Source of the DNA: an uncultured Spirochaetota bacterium
Lineage (GTDB): Bacteria > Spirochaetota > Spirochaetia > Treponematales > UBA12059
Assembly (NCBI GenBank): GCA_937873275.1
Contig: CALMRC010000114.1
Location: forward strand, 2,666 to 66,665
DNA: 64,000 bases
Reading direction: 5' to 3'
Positions 35,303-44,275 of this stretch are shown piece after piece; within the stretch, counting starts at the first letter, position 1, and each line of letters starts with the position of its first letter. The translations under genes were made by a program, and so were the position numbers. The notes beneath the pieces are model-generated. The model ran no database searches, was not told where the DNA came from, and worked only from the letters and a program-made list of their open reading frames with translations.

Positions 35303-35450
35303 AATCAGAACAGGATTTTCATGATGTACAGGATTAACAAGATTAAGAATCTAAATATTTATAGAAATGGAATAAAAATATAAACATGAGAGAGAATAAG
35401 AATCATGTTAATCTATATGAAATCATGATCATCCTGTTCTGATTATCCTG
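35303..35450. repeat. AT-rich imperfect palindromic element, copy F (ACAGGAT/ACAAGAT family)
   Basis: AATCAGAACAGGATTTTCATGAT (35303-35325) pairs with ATCATGATCATCCTGTTCTGATT (35422-35444), including 12 perfect bp TCAGAACAGGAT/ATCCTGTTCTGA. Inner arms are also related (GATTAACAAGATT vs GATTAACATGATT). Confidence 0.7.
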
Positions 35451-35526
35451 AGAAATTGGCGTGATCAAGCGCTTTTTTAGTATTTCGTACGATTGTTCCG
35501 GGAAGTTTTTCCACCCCGGTGGGAAA

Positions 35527-36402
35527 TTATTTCCCGTCCGGACGTTCCGCCTTCGGCCGGGATGTACGGGTGACCAGCATCCGGATTCCCGAGGCCCCCA
35601 GAAAGACGGCTCCCGACAGGACCACGACGACGGCTCCGGAGGGCAGGTCGGTCTCCCAGGACAGGGCCAGGCCGCCCACCGAAAAGACCGCGGACAACAG
35701 GGACGCCAGGACCATCATCCCCCGGAGATTCCGGGCCGCGAACCCCGCGGTTCCGGCGGGCAGGGTGAGCATGGCGATGACCATGACGATGCCCACGAAG
35801 GTCTGGAGGACGACCACGGATACGGCCACGACGGCCAGGATCGCCAGGAAGACCGTGTTCGTGGGGACGCCCCGGGTCCGGGCGAACTCCTCGTCGAAGG
35901 AGGCCGCCTCGATCTGGGGATAGAATCTCACGGCCCCCGCCACGACCAGGACCGAGAGTACGGCCATCAGGACCAGGTCCTGACCGGAAATCAGGAGGAT
36001 GTTGCCGAAGAGGTAGCTCATGGGATCCGCGTAGCCCGGGGTCTTGGCGATGAACAGGACCCCGACGCTCATGCCCACGGCCCAGATGGCGTTGATGACC
36101 GTGTCCTCCCTCTGCTTGGCCTTCAGGGAGACGACGCCGATCAGCCCCGCGGACAGCACCGCGAAGACCAGGGCTCCGGCGATCGGGGGCAGGCCGGGCA
36201 CCAGCCCCTTGGCGGAAAGGAAGAGGGCCAAGCCGATGCCTCCGAGCACCGCATGGGAGATGGCTCCCGCCAAGCCCGCGATCCGCTTGACGGTGACCAC
36301 GGAGCCCAGGACGCCGAAGAGGACGGAGGAAAGAAGGCCCGCCAGAAGGGCGTTCCGTACGAAGGGAAGACCGGGATCCAGGAGGGCGGACAGGAAACTC
36401 AC
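35527..36402 (-). CDS. znuB: Metal (zinc-type) ABC transporter permease, ABC-3 family
   Basis: 291-aa polytopic ORF, ABC-3/ZnuB-like, directly downstream of the ATPase gene. Confidence 0.8.
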   Translation of the reverse strand: MSFLSALLDPGLPFVRNALLAGLLSSVLFGVLGSVVTVKRIAGLAGAISHAVLGGIGLALFLSAKGLVPGLPPIAGALVFAVLSAGLIGVVSLKAKQREDTVINAIWAVGMSVGVLFIAKTPGYADPMSYLFGNILLISGQDLVLMAVLSVLVVAGAVRFYPQIEAASFDEEFARTRGVPTNTVFLAILAVVAVSVVVLQTFVGIVMVIAMLTLPAGTAGFAARNLRGMMVLASLLSAVFSVGGLALSWETDLPSGAVVVVLSGAVFLGASGIRMLVTRTSRPKAERPDGK

Positions 36403-36403
36403 C

Positions 36404-37237
36404 TCATTCCCCCTTCCCGCAGCAGTCCTCGGGCGGGATCTCCGTGTCGTGCAGGACCTGCCGGGCGCCGCCTCCGAAGGTCCCCGGAGCCAGGCCGCGG
36501 GCCACGGGTACGGAAGCGTGGCGGACCACGGATCCCGGCCGGCCGTCCCGGTCCCCGACGCAGAGCACCGCGTCCGTGAGGTCCGAGACGAATAGGGTGT
36601 CGTGGGTCACCACGAGGACCGTCGCTCGCCCCTTCAACTCGCCCAGGGCCCGGAAGAGTCGGGTCTCGCTCTCGGCGTCCATGTTGGCCGTGGGTTCGTC
36701 CAGGACCAGGAGCCGGGGACGTGCGGCAAGGGCCCGGGCCACCAGGACCCGGCGTCTTTGCCCTCCGGAGAGGGCGGAGTAGGGACGGTCCCGGAGATCG
36801 GCGACGTCCGCCTGCTCCAGGGCGGCGTCCGCCGCCCGAAGGTCCTCCGGAGAGTACCGGCCCCGGCCTCCCCGGAGCCGGCCCATGCGCACCACCTCGA
36901 CCACGGAGATCGGGAAGGCGGGGTCGAAGGCCGCGTTCTGGGGGACGTAGCCCAGGGACTCGAGGGCCGTGTGGGGCGGAGCGCCGAGGACCTCGATCCT
37001 TCCCGAGGATGGGGTGGCCAGGCCCAGGAGGAGCCGGAGAATGGTCGTCTTGCCGGAGCCGTTCGGGCCGATCAGGGCGGCGAACTCCCCCTCGTGGATA
37101 TGGAAGGAAACTTCGGAGAGGACCGCATCGGATCCGTAGGCGAAATTGACCTTGTCGAACAGGACGGCCATCGGCCGGCCGTGAAGGGGGTGGGAGGGGG
37201 CCGAATCCGTTTCGCCCCGGTCGTCGCGTTCGCTCAT
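36404..37237 (-). CDS. znuC: Metal (zinc-type) ABC transporter ATP-binding protein; start uncertain (37276, 37237 or 37171)
   Basis: Walker A is GPNGSGKTT, the signature is LSGGQRRRV, and Walker B is LLVLDEP. The ATG at 37237 has an AGGA 11 nt upstream. Confidence 0.75.
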   Translation of the reverse strand: MSERDDRGETDSAPSHPLHGRPMAVLFDKVNFAYGSDAVLSEVSFHIHEGEFAALIGPNGSGKTTILRLLLGLATPSSGRIEVLGAPPHTALESLGYVPQNAAFDPAFPISVVEVVRMGRLRGGRGRYSPEDLRAADAALEQADVADLRDRPYSALSGGQRRRVLVARALAARPRLLVLDEPTANMDAESETRLFRALGELKGRATVLVVTHDTLFVSDLTDAVLCVGDRDGRPGSVVRHASVPVARGLAPGTFGGGARQVLHDTEIPPEDCCGKGE

Positions 37238-37309
37238 GCCGCCGTATATCCTAGACCCTTTGCGATCGGCCCGCAAGCGGGCGGGGTTTCCGGAATCCTG
37301 GGAGACGGC

Positions 37310-38218
37310 TCAACGAGCCGCGGCTTTCAGGGCGTCCCCCATCCGTTTAAGGTTCGCGAGCCAGTCCGGGGCAAGATCGTCGATTTCCGCCACGACTCCC
37401 CCGATGGCCCCCGCGACGGTACGGGCCGCGGTCTTCGAGAACTGGGGCTGGACGAAGATCACCCGGGCGTTTTCCCTCCGCGCCCTCTCGATCAGGGCGG
37501 CCAGGTTCTTCTGGGTGGGTTCCTTCCCCCCCGCCTCCACCGCGACCTGCTCGATGCCGAATTCATCCAGGAAATACCCGAAGGCGGGATGATAGACGAA
37601 TACCGGCCTTCCCCGCAGGGGGGTAAGGGTATCGGCGAGATCATCGAACACGGCGTCGATTTCACGGATCAGGGCGTCGTGGTTCCGAACGTACAGGTCG
37701 GCGTTCCCGGGATCCAGGGCCGTGAGTACGTTCCGGGCATGCCGGGCCTGGGCGACGGCCCCCTCCCTGCCCAGCCAGACATGCACGTCCTTCCCGTCGA
37801 CTCGATCCGGGCCGCCCTCGTGGCCGAGTTCGTCCGCCTCGTGGGAATGGGCCGCCAGTGCGCGGAATTTCAAGCCCTCGGTGGTGTCGACAAGCCTCAA
37901 CCGGGGGTACAGGTTCCTCACCTTCGGTGCGAGACCGTTTTCGAAGTCCACCCCGATGGTCAGCCAGGCCGTCGCGGCGCCCAGGTCCGCCATCTGCCTC
38001 GGAGTCGGCTCGTAGGAATGGGGATTCTGTCCGGGCCCGACGAGCACGAGGACCCGGGCGGCCCCTCCGGAGATCCGGTCCACGAAGTATTTCTGGGGCA
38101 GGATGCTGACCGCCACCCGGGGCGTCTGGGCCGAAGACAGGGGGACCGCCGCGACCGCTAGAACCGCCAGAAGGAGGAAACGATGACGGGCGGTCGGGAC
38201 TCTGGTTCTGGGTATCAT
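37310..38218 (-). CDS. znuA: Periplasmic zinc-binding protein of an ABC transporter (cluster 9 SBP)
   Basis: ATG at 38218 follows GGAGGA. Signal peptide is FLLLAVLAVAAVPLSSAQ. The His/acidic loop AHSHEADELGHEGGPDRVDGKDVH is typical of ZnuA. Confidence 0.75.
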   Translation of the reverse strand: MIPRTRVPTARHRFLLLAVLAVAAVPLSSAQTPRVAVSILPQKYFVDRISGGAARVLVLVGPGQNPHSYEPTPRQMADLGAATAWLTIGVDFENGLAPKVRNLYPRLRLVDTTEGLKFRALAAHSHEADELGHEGGPDRVDGKDVHVWLGREGAVAQARHARNVLTALDPGNADLYVRNHDALIREIDAVFDDLADTLTPLRGRPVFVYHPAFGYFLDEFGIEQVAVEAGGKEPTQKNLAALIERARRENARVIFVQPQFSKTAARTVAGAIGGVVAEIDDLAPDWLANLKRMGDALKAAAR

Positions 38219-38254
38219 GGATGTCCTCCGGACATGGGGGGCGTCATGGAATCC

Positions 38255-38278
38255 TAATGTAATACGATGTAATACATT
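38255..38278 (-). promoter_or_regulatory. Candidate metalloregulator (Zur-like) operator upstream of znuA
   Basis: TAATGTAATACGATGTAATACATT contains ATGTAATAC twice (38257-38265 and 38267-38275). It also reads as a 10-3-10 palindrome with one mismatch, 37-60 nt upstream of the znuA ATG. Confidence 0.45.
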
Positions 38279-38280
38279 CG

Positions 38281-39078
38281 TCAATCGGCGGTACGGTCGT
38301 CCCGGAATTCGAGCTCCATCCCGTCCCAGGCGGGGCGGACGGTACAATCCGGTGAGGACAGATCCGAGCAGAGCCCCTCGAGGTCCCGGTGGGAATGGTC
38401 GTGGCAGATATGGATGATCCAGGCCTCCCGGGCGCCCAGGGAGCGGGCCGTCTCTGCGGCCTCGGGAATCGAGAAATGGGTGGGGTGAGGACGCATCCGG
38501 AGGCCGTCGACGGCCAGCACCCGGACGCCCTCCAGGAGCGGCCGGCTCGTTTCGGGAATGCCGGAGCAGTCCGTGAGGTAGGCGAAATCACCGAAGCGGA
38601 AGCCCAGGATGGGTAGGATCCCGTGCAGGATCGGGACAGGACGGACCTCGACGCCGCCGACCCGGATGCCATCCGGAGGCATCTCCCGGAGCAGGATCCG
38701 GGGAACCCCGCCCCCCGGCTGGGGAGGGTCGAAGGCGTAGGCGAATCGGACCTCCAGTTCTGCCCGAGCCGCCGGGTCCGCCCAGACGGGCAGGGGGGCT
38801 TCCCGGGTGAGGGGCCGGACGTCGTCCAGGCCGTGGATGTGGTCCGCGTGGGCGTGGGTCACCAGGACGGCGTCCAGGCGGTCGATCCCGGCCCGGAGGG
38901 CTTGGAGTCGGAACTCGGGCCCCGGGTCGATGAGGATCCGCTCCCCCCCGTCCCCGCGGACCAGGAGGGACGCCCGATTCCGGGAGTCCCGGGGATCCGC
39001 CGACCGGCAGACGGGGCAGGGGCAGCCCACGACGGGCACGCCGTGGCTGGTGCCCGTTCCCAGGAAGAGAACTCTCAC
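38281..39078 (-). CDS. MBL-fold metallo-hydrolase (PhnP-like)
   Basis: GTG at 39078 overlaps the MCP stop (GTGA). [24 protein letters not shown] and [13 protein letters not shown]. Only the last 266 codons of track ORF 38281..41445 look like real protein. Confidence 0.75.
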   Translation of the reverse strand: MRVLFLGTGTSHGVPVVGCPCPVCRSADPRDSRNRASLLVRGDGGERILIDPGPEFRLQALRAGIDRLDAVLVTHAHADHIHGLDDVRPLTREAPLPVWADPAARAELEVRFAYAFDPPQPGGGVPRILLREMPPDGIRVGGVEVRPVPILHGILPILGFRFGDFAYLTDCSGIPETSRPLLEGVRVLAVDGLRMRPHPTHFSIPEAAETARSLGAREAWIIHICHDHSHRDLEGLCSDLSSPDCTVRPAWDGMELEFRDDRTAD

Positions 39079-41381
39079 GCGGGATCGCGCTTCACGTCCA
39101 CGCCCCGCTCGGTCACCGTCCGGCCCCGGGTCCGGAATTTCCCGGCGGCCTCCCGGATGGCGTTGGTCGTGTCCGCGCTCTGGCGGGAGAGGTCGGAAAG
39201 CTCCGTGGCGGAGCGGTCGATCTCGGAGATGCCCAGGGTCATTTCCTGGGCGGCGCTGCGGTTTTCCGCGGACAGCCGGCGTACGTCCTCCACGGTTCGG
39301 CCGATCACGGCGGTCCCGGACTCCAGGCCCCCCGAGGCCTCCGACAGTGCCCGGCTGGTACCGGCCAGGCCTTCCAGGGCCGCGACGACCTCCCGGCTCC
39401 GGGATGCGGCGTCCATCAGGGCGTCCGAGGTGGAGGCCAGCTCGCCCATGAGTTCCTCCAGCCCGTCGATGGCGGACCCGATGGCCCCGTTGGCGGTCTC
39501 CGTGGACTCCGCGGCGTTGCGGATGGCCTCCGCGGTCTCCTCGATGGTGCGGCTGATGCCCTGGGCGTTTTCCGCGGTGCTCTCGGAAAGCTTGCGGATC
39601 TCCTCCGCGACCACCGCGAAGCCCCGTCCCGATTCGCCCGCGTGGGCCGCCTCGATGGCGGCGTTCATGGCCAGAAGTCCCGTCTGCTCGGCGATGCCGT
39701 TGATGATGTCCACCAGCTCCAGGGTCCGGCGGGCGCTGGCTTCCATGCGCTCCATGGCCGCGGCCGCGGTCTCCACCCGGTCCCGGCCCTCGGCTCCCTG
39801 GCCAGAAACCCGCCGGGCCGTCTCCGTCTGCCGGGATGCCCGTTCCGCCAGGGTCCCGAGCTCGGTTCCGATCTCGCCGATCAGTCCCCGGGTGTCCTCG
39901 ACGGCCCTCTCCAGGTCCCGGATGGCGGTCATCACGGTCCCGGCCGCGTCCGCGATATCCTGCCGGGCCTTCTCGGCGTCCCCCGCCGCCGTATCCAGGG
40001 CCTCGGTCTGGTGCTTCATGGAGGCGATGCCCGCGGACATCTGGGTGATGGTCGCGGCGGTTTCCGCGGAATGGGCCGCCAAGGTCTCCGCCGCGGAGGC
40101 GCTCTTTTCCGCCGCGGCCTGGATATCCTCCACGATGGAGGACAACCGGTCCGTCAGGGCTTGGACGGCCGTCTGGATCTGGCTGACCTCGCTGGAGGAT
40201 CGCCTCCTTGCGGATACGGAGAGGTCCCCGGTCGCCACCGCGGTGAGCACGTCCCGAAGTTCCCGGACCTGGACGGAGACCCGCCGAGTCACGGCCAGGA
40301 TCACGAAGACACCCAGCAGGAACGCGGCTCCCGCCGCGGCTCCGCCCCCGGCCAGGGACCGGTAGAGGGGCCGCATGCTCTCCGCGACGGAGGTGTAGAC
40401 CAGGATGGTACCCTGGATGCCCGTGTTTTTGGACAGGGGGCTGGAGCTGATGAACCAGGAGTCGGAGCCGGTCCGGATCTCGTCGTACCAGGTGGAGGAG
40501 GTCTCGGAGGAGGCGCTCACGGCGTCCACGGACCCGTGGGCCGCCGCGGCGGCCACCACGACGTCGCCGCTCTCCAGGGCGGGGATGCGCTCGGGTTTTC
40601 CGTCCACGTCCCGGGTCACCGGGAATTCCCGGGACAGGGCGATGAGGCTTCCCGAAGCGTCCAGCAGGGCGGCGTCCGCCCCGGACCCCTGGGCCGCCTC
40701 GGTGATCAGGGTTTTCAGGGCGTCCAGGGAGACGTCCGCCCCCAGGACCCCGACGATCCGGCCGGAATGGTCCTTGACGGGGACGTAGGGGGTGATGACC
40801 AGGCCCTTGGTCACGAAGTCCACGTAGATCTCCGTCCACCCGGCCTCCCCGGAGGTTTCGGCGGCCCGGTACCAACCCCGGGAGGTCGGGGCGAAGTCCG
40901 CGGCTTCCCGGAAAGCCCCGACGGAGCCGTCCGGCCCCAGGTCGTAGAAGTTGAGCTTGCCCTCCGTCGTGCCGTCCCGGATGCAGACGAGCCCCCCTCC
41001 GCCGGGGTTTCGGCTGATCAGGACCGTCCGGTCCGATCGGTCGCCGTAGTAGATCGTGGACGCCGCGGGGGTGATCCCGGCGAATTCGTACAGCATGGTC
41101 CGGAGGGAGTCGGAATCCTCGAGGTCCAGATTCCCGGATTCCGCGGCGGCCGCCAGGCCCGAGAGGAGGGACCGGGCGGCGGTGAAATACCCGGCCAGGC
41201 GGGCGTCGATCTCCCCCGCGGTCTTCCAGGTCAGGGAAATGGAGGCTTCCCGAACGAGCTTGCGGCCCGCCTGGAGGGAACTCCAGGCCACGGTGCCGAT
41301 GGCCAGGAGGAAGGACAGAACCGTCGGAATGACGATCAGGACCAGAAGGGGAACGGTTTTTCCATGGTTCGTTCGGGCCAC
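39075..41381 (-). CDS. Methyl-accepting chemotaxis protein with periplasmic Cache-type sensor and HAMP domain
   Basis: Two TM segments flank a ~300-aa sensor. The conserved signalling hairpin is [38 protein letters not shown]. Confidence 0.9.
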   Translation of the reverse strand: MARTNHGKTVPLLVLIVIPTVLSFLLAIGTVAWSSLQAGRKLVREASISLTWKTAGEIDARLAGYFTAARSLLSGLAAAAESGNLDLEDSDSLRTMLYEFAGITPAASTIYYGDRSDRTVLISRNPGGGGLVCIRDGTTEGKLNFYDLGPDGSVGAFREAADFAPTSRGWYRAAETSGEAGWTEIYVDFVTKGLVITPYVPVKDHSGRIVGVLGADVSLDALKTLITEAAQGSGADAALLDASGSLIALSREFPVTRDVDGKPERIPALESGDVVVAAAAAHGSVDAVSASSETSSTWYDEIRTGSDSWFISSSPLSKNTGIQGTILVYTSVAESMRPLYRSLAGGGAAAGAAFLLGVFVILAVTRRVSVQVRELRDVLTAVATGDLSVSARRRSSSEVSQIQTAVQALTDRLSSIVEDIQAAAEKSASAAETLAAHSAETAATITQMSAGIASMKHQTEALDTAAGDAEKARQDIADAAGTVMTAIRDLERAVEDTRGLIGEIGTELGTLAERASRQTETARRVSGQGAEGRDRVETAAAAMERMEASARRTLELVDIINGIAEQTGLLAMNAAIEAAHAGESGRGFAVVAEEIRKLSESTAENAQGISRTIEETAEAIRNAAESTETANGAIGSAIDGLEELMGELASTSDALMDAASRSREVVAALEGLAGTSRALSEASGGLESGTAVIGRTVEDVRRLSAENRSAAQEMTLGISEIDRSATELSDLSRQSADTTNAIREAAGKFRTRGRTVTERGVDVKRDPA

Positions 41382-41482
41382 GACCTGCTCCTAATTGAAT
41401 GGTTTCCGGAGGATCCGGCTGGGCTCGCATGCGCCCGGGGGCCATTGCGCAACGCTAAGTCTAGTGCCGGGCGGACGCTTTG

Positions 41483-42838
41483 TCACGGTCCGGCGGAACC
41501 CGGGACCGGCAGCCCCGGGGGATCGAAATCCGGGAGGGCGGGAATCCGGACCAGGTGGGCGAATTCGGAGGGATACCGGCGCAGGACGGCGTCCAGGCTG
41601 GTTTCCTCCGCGCTCTCGAACACGGCGACCTTGAACTCCCCCCCGGGTTCGAAGTAGGGAAAGAGCAGGGCCTCGTGGAAGTACTGCCGGAGCGCTACGT
41701 CCTGCCCCATCCGGCGATTGAAGGAGGCGATGTAGAAATTCCCGGGTTCCCGGACGGCAAGGACGTAGAGGAGGGGGCGGAGGCCGTCCACCCGGTACCC
41801 CCCGATCTCGAAATTCGCCGGATAGGGCTCGTAGGACTGGCTTCCGTTGGCGGGCTCCGAGCTGCCCCGGTCCACCAGGGCGAAGGCGGGGATCCGTACG
41901 TCGTTGTCCGTGACCCGATTGGTGCGGCTGGGGTACAGGGCGTCCGACACGGCCCGGCCCAGGTTCCAGGCCCAGTCCAGGCCGAAGAAGGGGTCCCGGG
42001 CCCGCTCGTAGGGCTGGGTGAAGGAGGATCCCCGGATGTCCTCGTGCCGTACCTTCAGGGCCTCCAAGGAAAGCCAGGATCCGGTCACGGGCTTCAGCAT
42101 GCCGTCCACCACCCACTTCGCGAATCCGGAACAGTTCAGGCCGGGATCCCCCGCGGGAATGCCGCCGGCGATGAGGACCGGACGCCCGGTCTCGTCCAGG
42201 GCCCCGTCGTCCCGGTACCGCAGGCTTCCCAGCCGGTCCCGGACGGCCTGGGCGAGGGTCCGGAGGTTGCCGTACAGGCCCGGCGCCGGAGATAGCAGGT
42301 CCCAGTCCACGGAATCCCGGGTCCACCGGACGATGTCCCGGAGGGGGGACGCCAGGAGCTTTCGGAAGGGCACGGGCAGGACGATGTCGTGCCGGATCAC
42401 GCCGCGATAGATCACAAGGTCCAGCTTGGATCGGTCCCCGAAGGGGTAGATCCGGAGGAAGGTGTTCGGGTCGTTCCGTAGGAAGATCTTGGCCTGGACG
42501 AAGCGGCCGTCGGCGAGGTCGCGCTTGATGATCCAGGCGCCCTGGCCGTAGAGCACCTCCCGGTCCGGCACCACGGCGATGTAGAAAGCCCGGGCGCCCC
42601 GAATGGTCTCCAGCCTCCACCTCCCCGCGACGTTGTCCTCGACGCGGGTGCGGAAGGCCAAGGCCCGGTCCCGGGGAGCCTCGATCAGCCCCGTCATCCA
42701 TCGCACCCGGAGATCGTCGTTCTCCGGAATGGATTCCAGGGGCAGGTCCCCGCCCAGGGGGCCGGCCGCCCGGGCGGAACGGGGAAGACAGGCCAGAAGG
42801 GCCAGGATCAGGATGCCGACTCGGGCGCGTGCGGTCAT
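41483..42838 (-). CDS. Hypothetical secreted protein (possible Cys-dependent hydrolase fold; unverified)
   Basis: ATG at 42838 (MTARARVGILILALLACLPRSARAAG) has a signal peptide. GLNCSGFAKWVVDG is reminiscent of NlpC/P60-type nucleophile motifs. No confident family. Confidence 0.55.
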   Translation of the reverse strand: MTARARVGILILALLACLPRSARAAGPLGGDLPLESIPENDDLRVRWMTGLIEAPRDRALAFRTRVEDNVAGRWRLETIRGARAFYIAVVPDREVLYGQGAWIIKRDLADGRFVQAKIFLRNDPNTFLRIYPFGDRSKLDLVIYRGVIRHDIVLPVPFRKLLASPLRDIVRWTRDSVDWDLLSPAPGLYGNLRTLAQAVRDRLGSLRYRDDGALDETGRPVLIAGGIPAGDPGLNCSGFAKWVVDGMLKPVTGSWLSLEALKVRHEDIRGSSFTQPYERARDPFFGLDWAWNLGRAVSDALYPSRTNRVTDNDVRIPAFALVDRGSSEPANGSQSYEPYPANFEIGGYRVDGLRPLLYVLAVREPGNFYIASFNRRMGQDVALRQYFHEALLFPYFEPGGEFKVAVFESAEETSLDAVLRRYPSEFAHLVRIPALPDFDPPGLPVPGSAGP

Positions 42839-43028
42839 GGAACCTCGCGGCGGTTCAGGGGCTCGGCGGGTCGGGGGCCCGAACGCCCCCGGAGAACCCG
42901 GCCTGCCTTTATACCATCGGAATATGCGCCCGGGAAATCGAGGGTCCCCTTCAGGAGGCTCCCCCGGGGACCGATACTGGAAGGACGGCTCCGAGCCGAA
43001 ATCCCGCATCCCATTCGCAAGGACACCT

Positions 43029-44084
43029 ATGCGCTTCCAGCTTCTGCGAACGGCTCTCCTGTCCCTCGCGGCGGCCGCCGCGGCCGCGGCCGCCTCCGCC
43101 GAGGGCGCCACCTCCCTGGGCGACCCCGCCCGCCCGGCCCCGGGGGCCGTTCCCGAGGCGGCCCGGGCGGAGCCGTACCGGCTGTTTCCCCGGGCCTATC
43201 GCCCGGATCCTGCGGCCGGGACCGACGCGCCCGCCGGGATGGTCGCCTGGGTTCCCGACGAGGCGGAAGCCGAGGCGGCCCGGGCCGCGGAACGGGCCCA
43301 ACGCTTGCGCGTGCCCGTCCCGGCGAACACCGACATAGTATCCTTCTACGGGCATCCCTCCTCCAAGCGCATGGGAATCCTGGGAGAGTACCCCAAGGAC
43401 AAGCTCGCGGGCCTCCTTTCCGGGTACGCCCAGCTCTTCGACGCGGCCAACGGGGACCGGGACGTGGTCCCCGCCTTCCACCTGATCTACGGGACCTGCT
43501 GGCCCGAGGGGGAGATAGGGTACCTTTCTTCCGCGGTCGTGGACGAGTACGTCCGATTCGCCGCGGAGCGGGGCATGCTGGTCTTCCTGGACCACCAGAT
43601 CGGAAAATACACGGTGGAGGAATCCGTGCGTAGGCTCCTTCCCTTCCTCCGGTATCCCAACGTGCACCTCGCCCTGGATCCCGAGTGGAGGACCCTCTCG
43701 CCGATGAAGGAGATCGGTTCCGTGACCGCCGGGGAGATCAACCGGGCCCAGGAGCTCATCCAGGCCTACCTGGTGGAGCACGGCCTGCCGGGGGTCCGGA
43801 TGCTGGTGGTCCACCAGTTCACGGAAAAGATGATCCAGGACCGTTCCCGGGTCCGGGCGGATCTCGACCGGGTCCTCCCGGTGCACGTGATGGACGGCTT
43901 CGGTAACCCGGCCCTAAAGCGGAATTCCTACGCCCAGAACGCGAAGGCCGGAAACCTGCCTCTCAAGGGGTTCAAGCTCTTCTTCAAGAGCGGATACCCC
44001 GGGGCCGGCTTCGACGAGCCCCTCATGACTCCCCGGGAGGTCCTGGGACTCGCGCCCGCCCCGGTGCTGATAATGTACCAGTAG
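43029..44084 (+). CDS. Hypothetical secreted protein (possibly glycosidase-like)
   Basis: ATG at 43029 (MRFQLLRTALLSLAAAAAAAAASAEG) has a signal peptide. The composition is ordinary (not RPG-rich) over 351 aa. Function not recognised. Confidence 0.55.
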   Translation: MRFQLLRTALLSLAAAAAAAAASAEGATSLGDPARPAPGAVPEAARAEPYRLFPRAYRPDPAAGTDAPAGMVAWVPDEAEAEAARAAERAQRLRVPVPANTDIVSFYGHPSSKRMGILGEYPKDKLAGLLSGYAQLFDAANGDRDVVPAFHLIYGTCWPEGEIGYLSSAVVDEYVRFAAERGMLVFLDHQIGKYTVEESVRRLLPFLRYPNVHLALDPEWRTLSPMKEIGSVTAGEINRAQELIQAYLVEHGLPGVRMLVVHQFTEKMIQDRSRVRADLDRVLPVHVMDGFGNPALKRNSYAQNAKAGNLPLKGFKLFFKSGYPGAGFDEPLMTPREVLGLAPAPVLIMYQ

Positions 44085-44107
44085 ATGCGGCCGGCGGAGC
44101 CGGTTGA

Positions 44108-44116
44108 TGGTATATT
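44108..44116 (+). promoter_or_regulatory. Extended -10 promoter candidate for the large OmpA-family gene
   Basis: TGgTATATT at 44108-44116, about 160 nt upstream of the ATG at 44276. No good -35. Confidence 0.3.
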
Positions 44117-44275
44117 ATCTTTAGTCCGATCCGAGCCGTAACCAGCCCGGCGCCCCGGCGTTATCCTTGGGGGTGCCTTGTCCGCGGCGAGCCCGGTTCG
44201 GTCGGTATGTAAATCCATGATTGGAATCGCCCGTCGTTTCGGATACGGAAAACCCTCCCGGCAAAGGAGAGACCG

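Noticed and set aside
38281-41445. Track ORF 38281..41445(-) read as a single 1054-aa protein
   Set aside because: Only its last 266 codons (the MBL hydrolase, GTG at 39078) look like real protein. Upstream it is an RPG-rich frame overlapping the genuine MCP frame 39075..41381.
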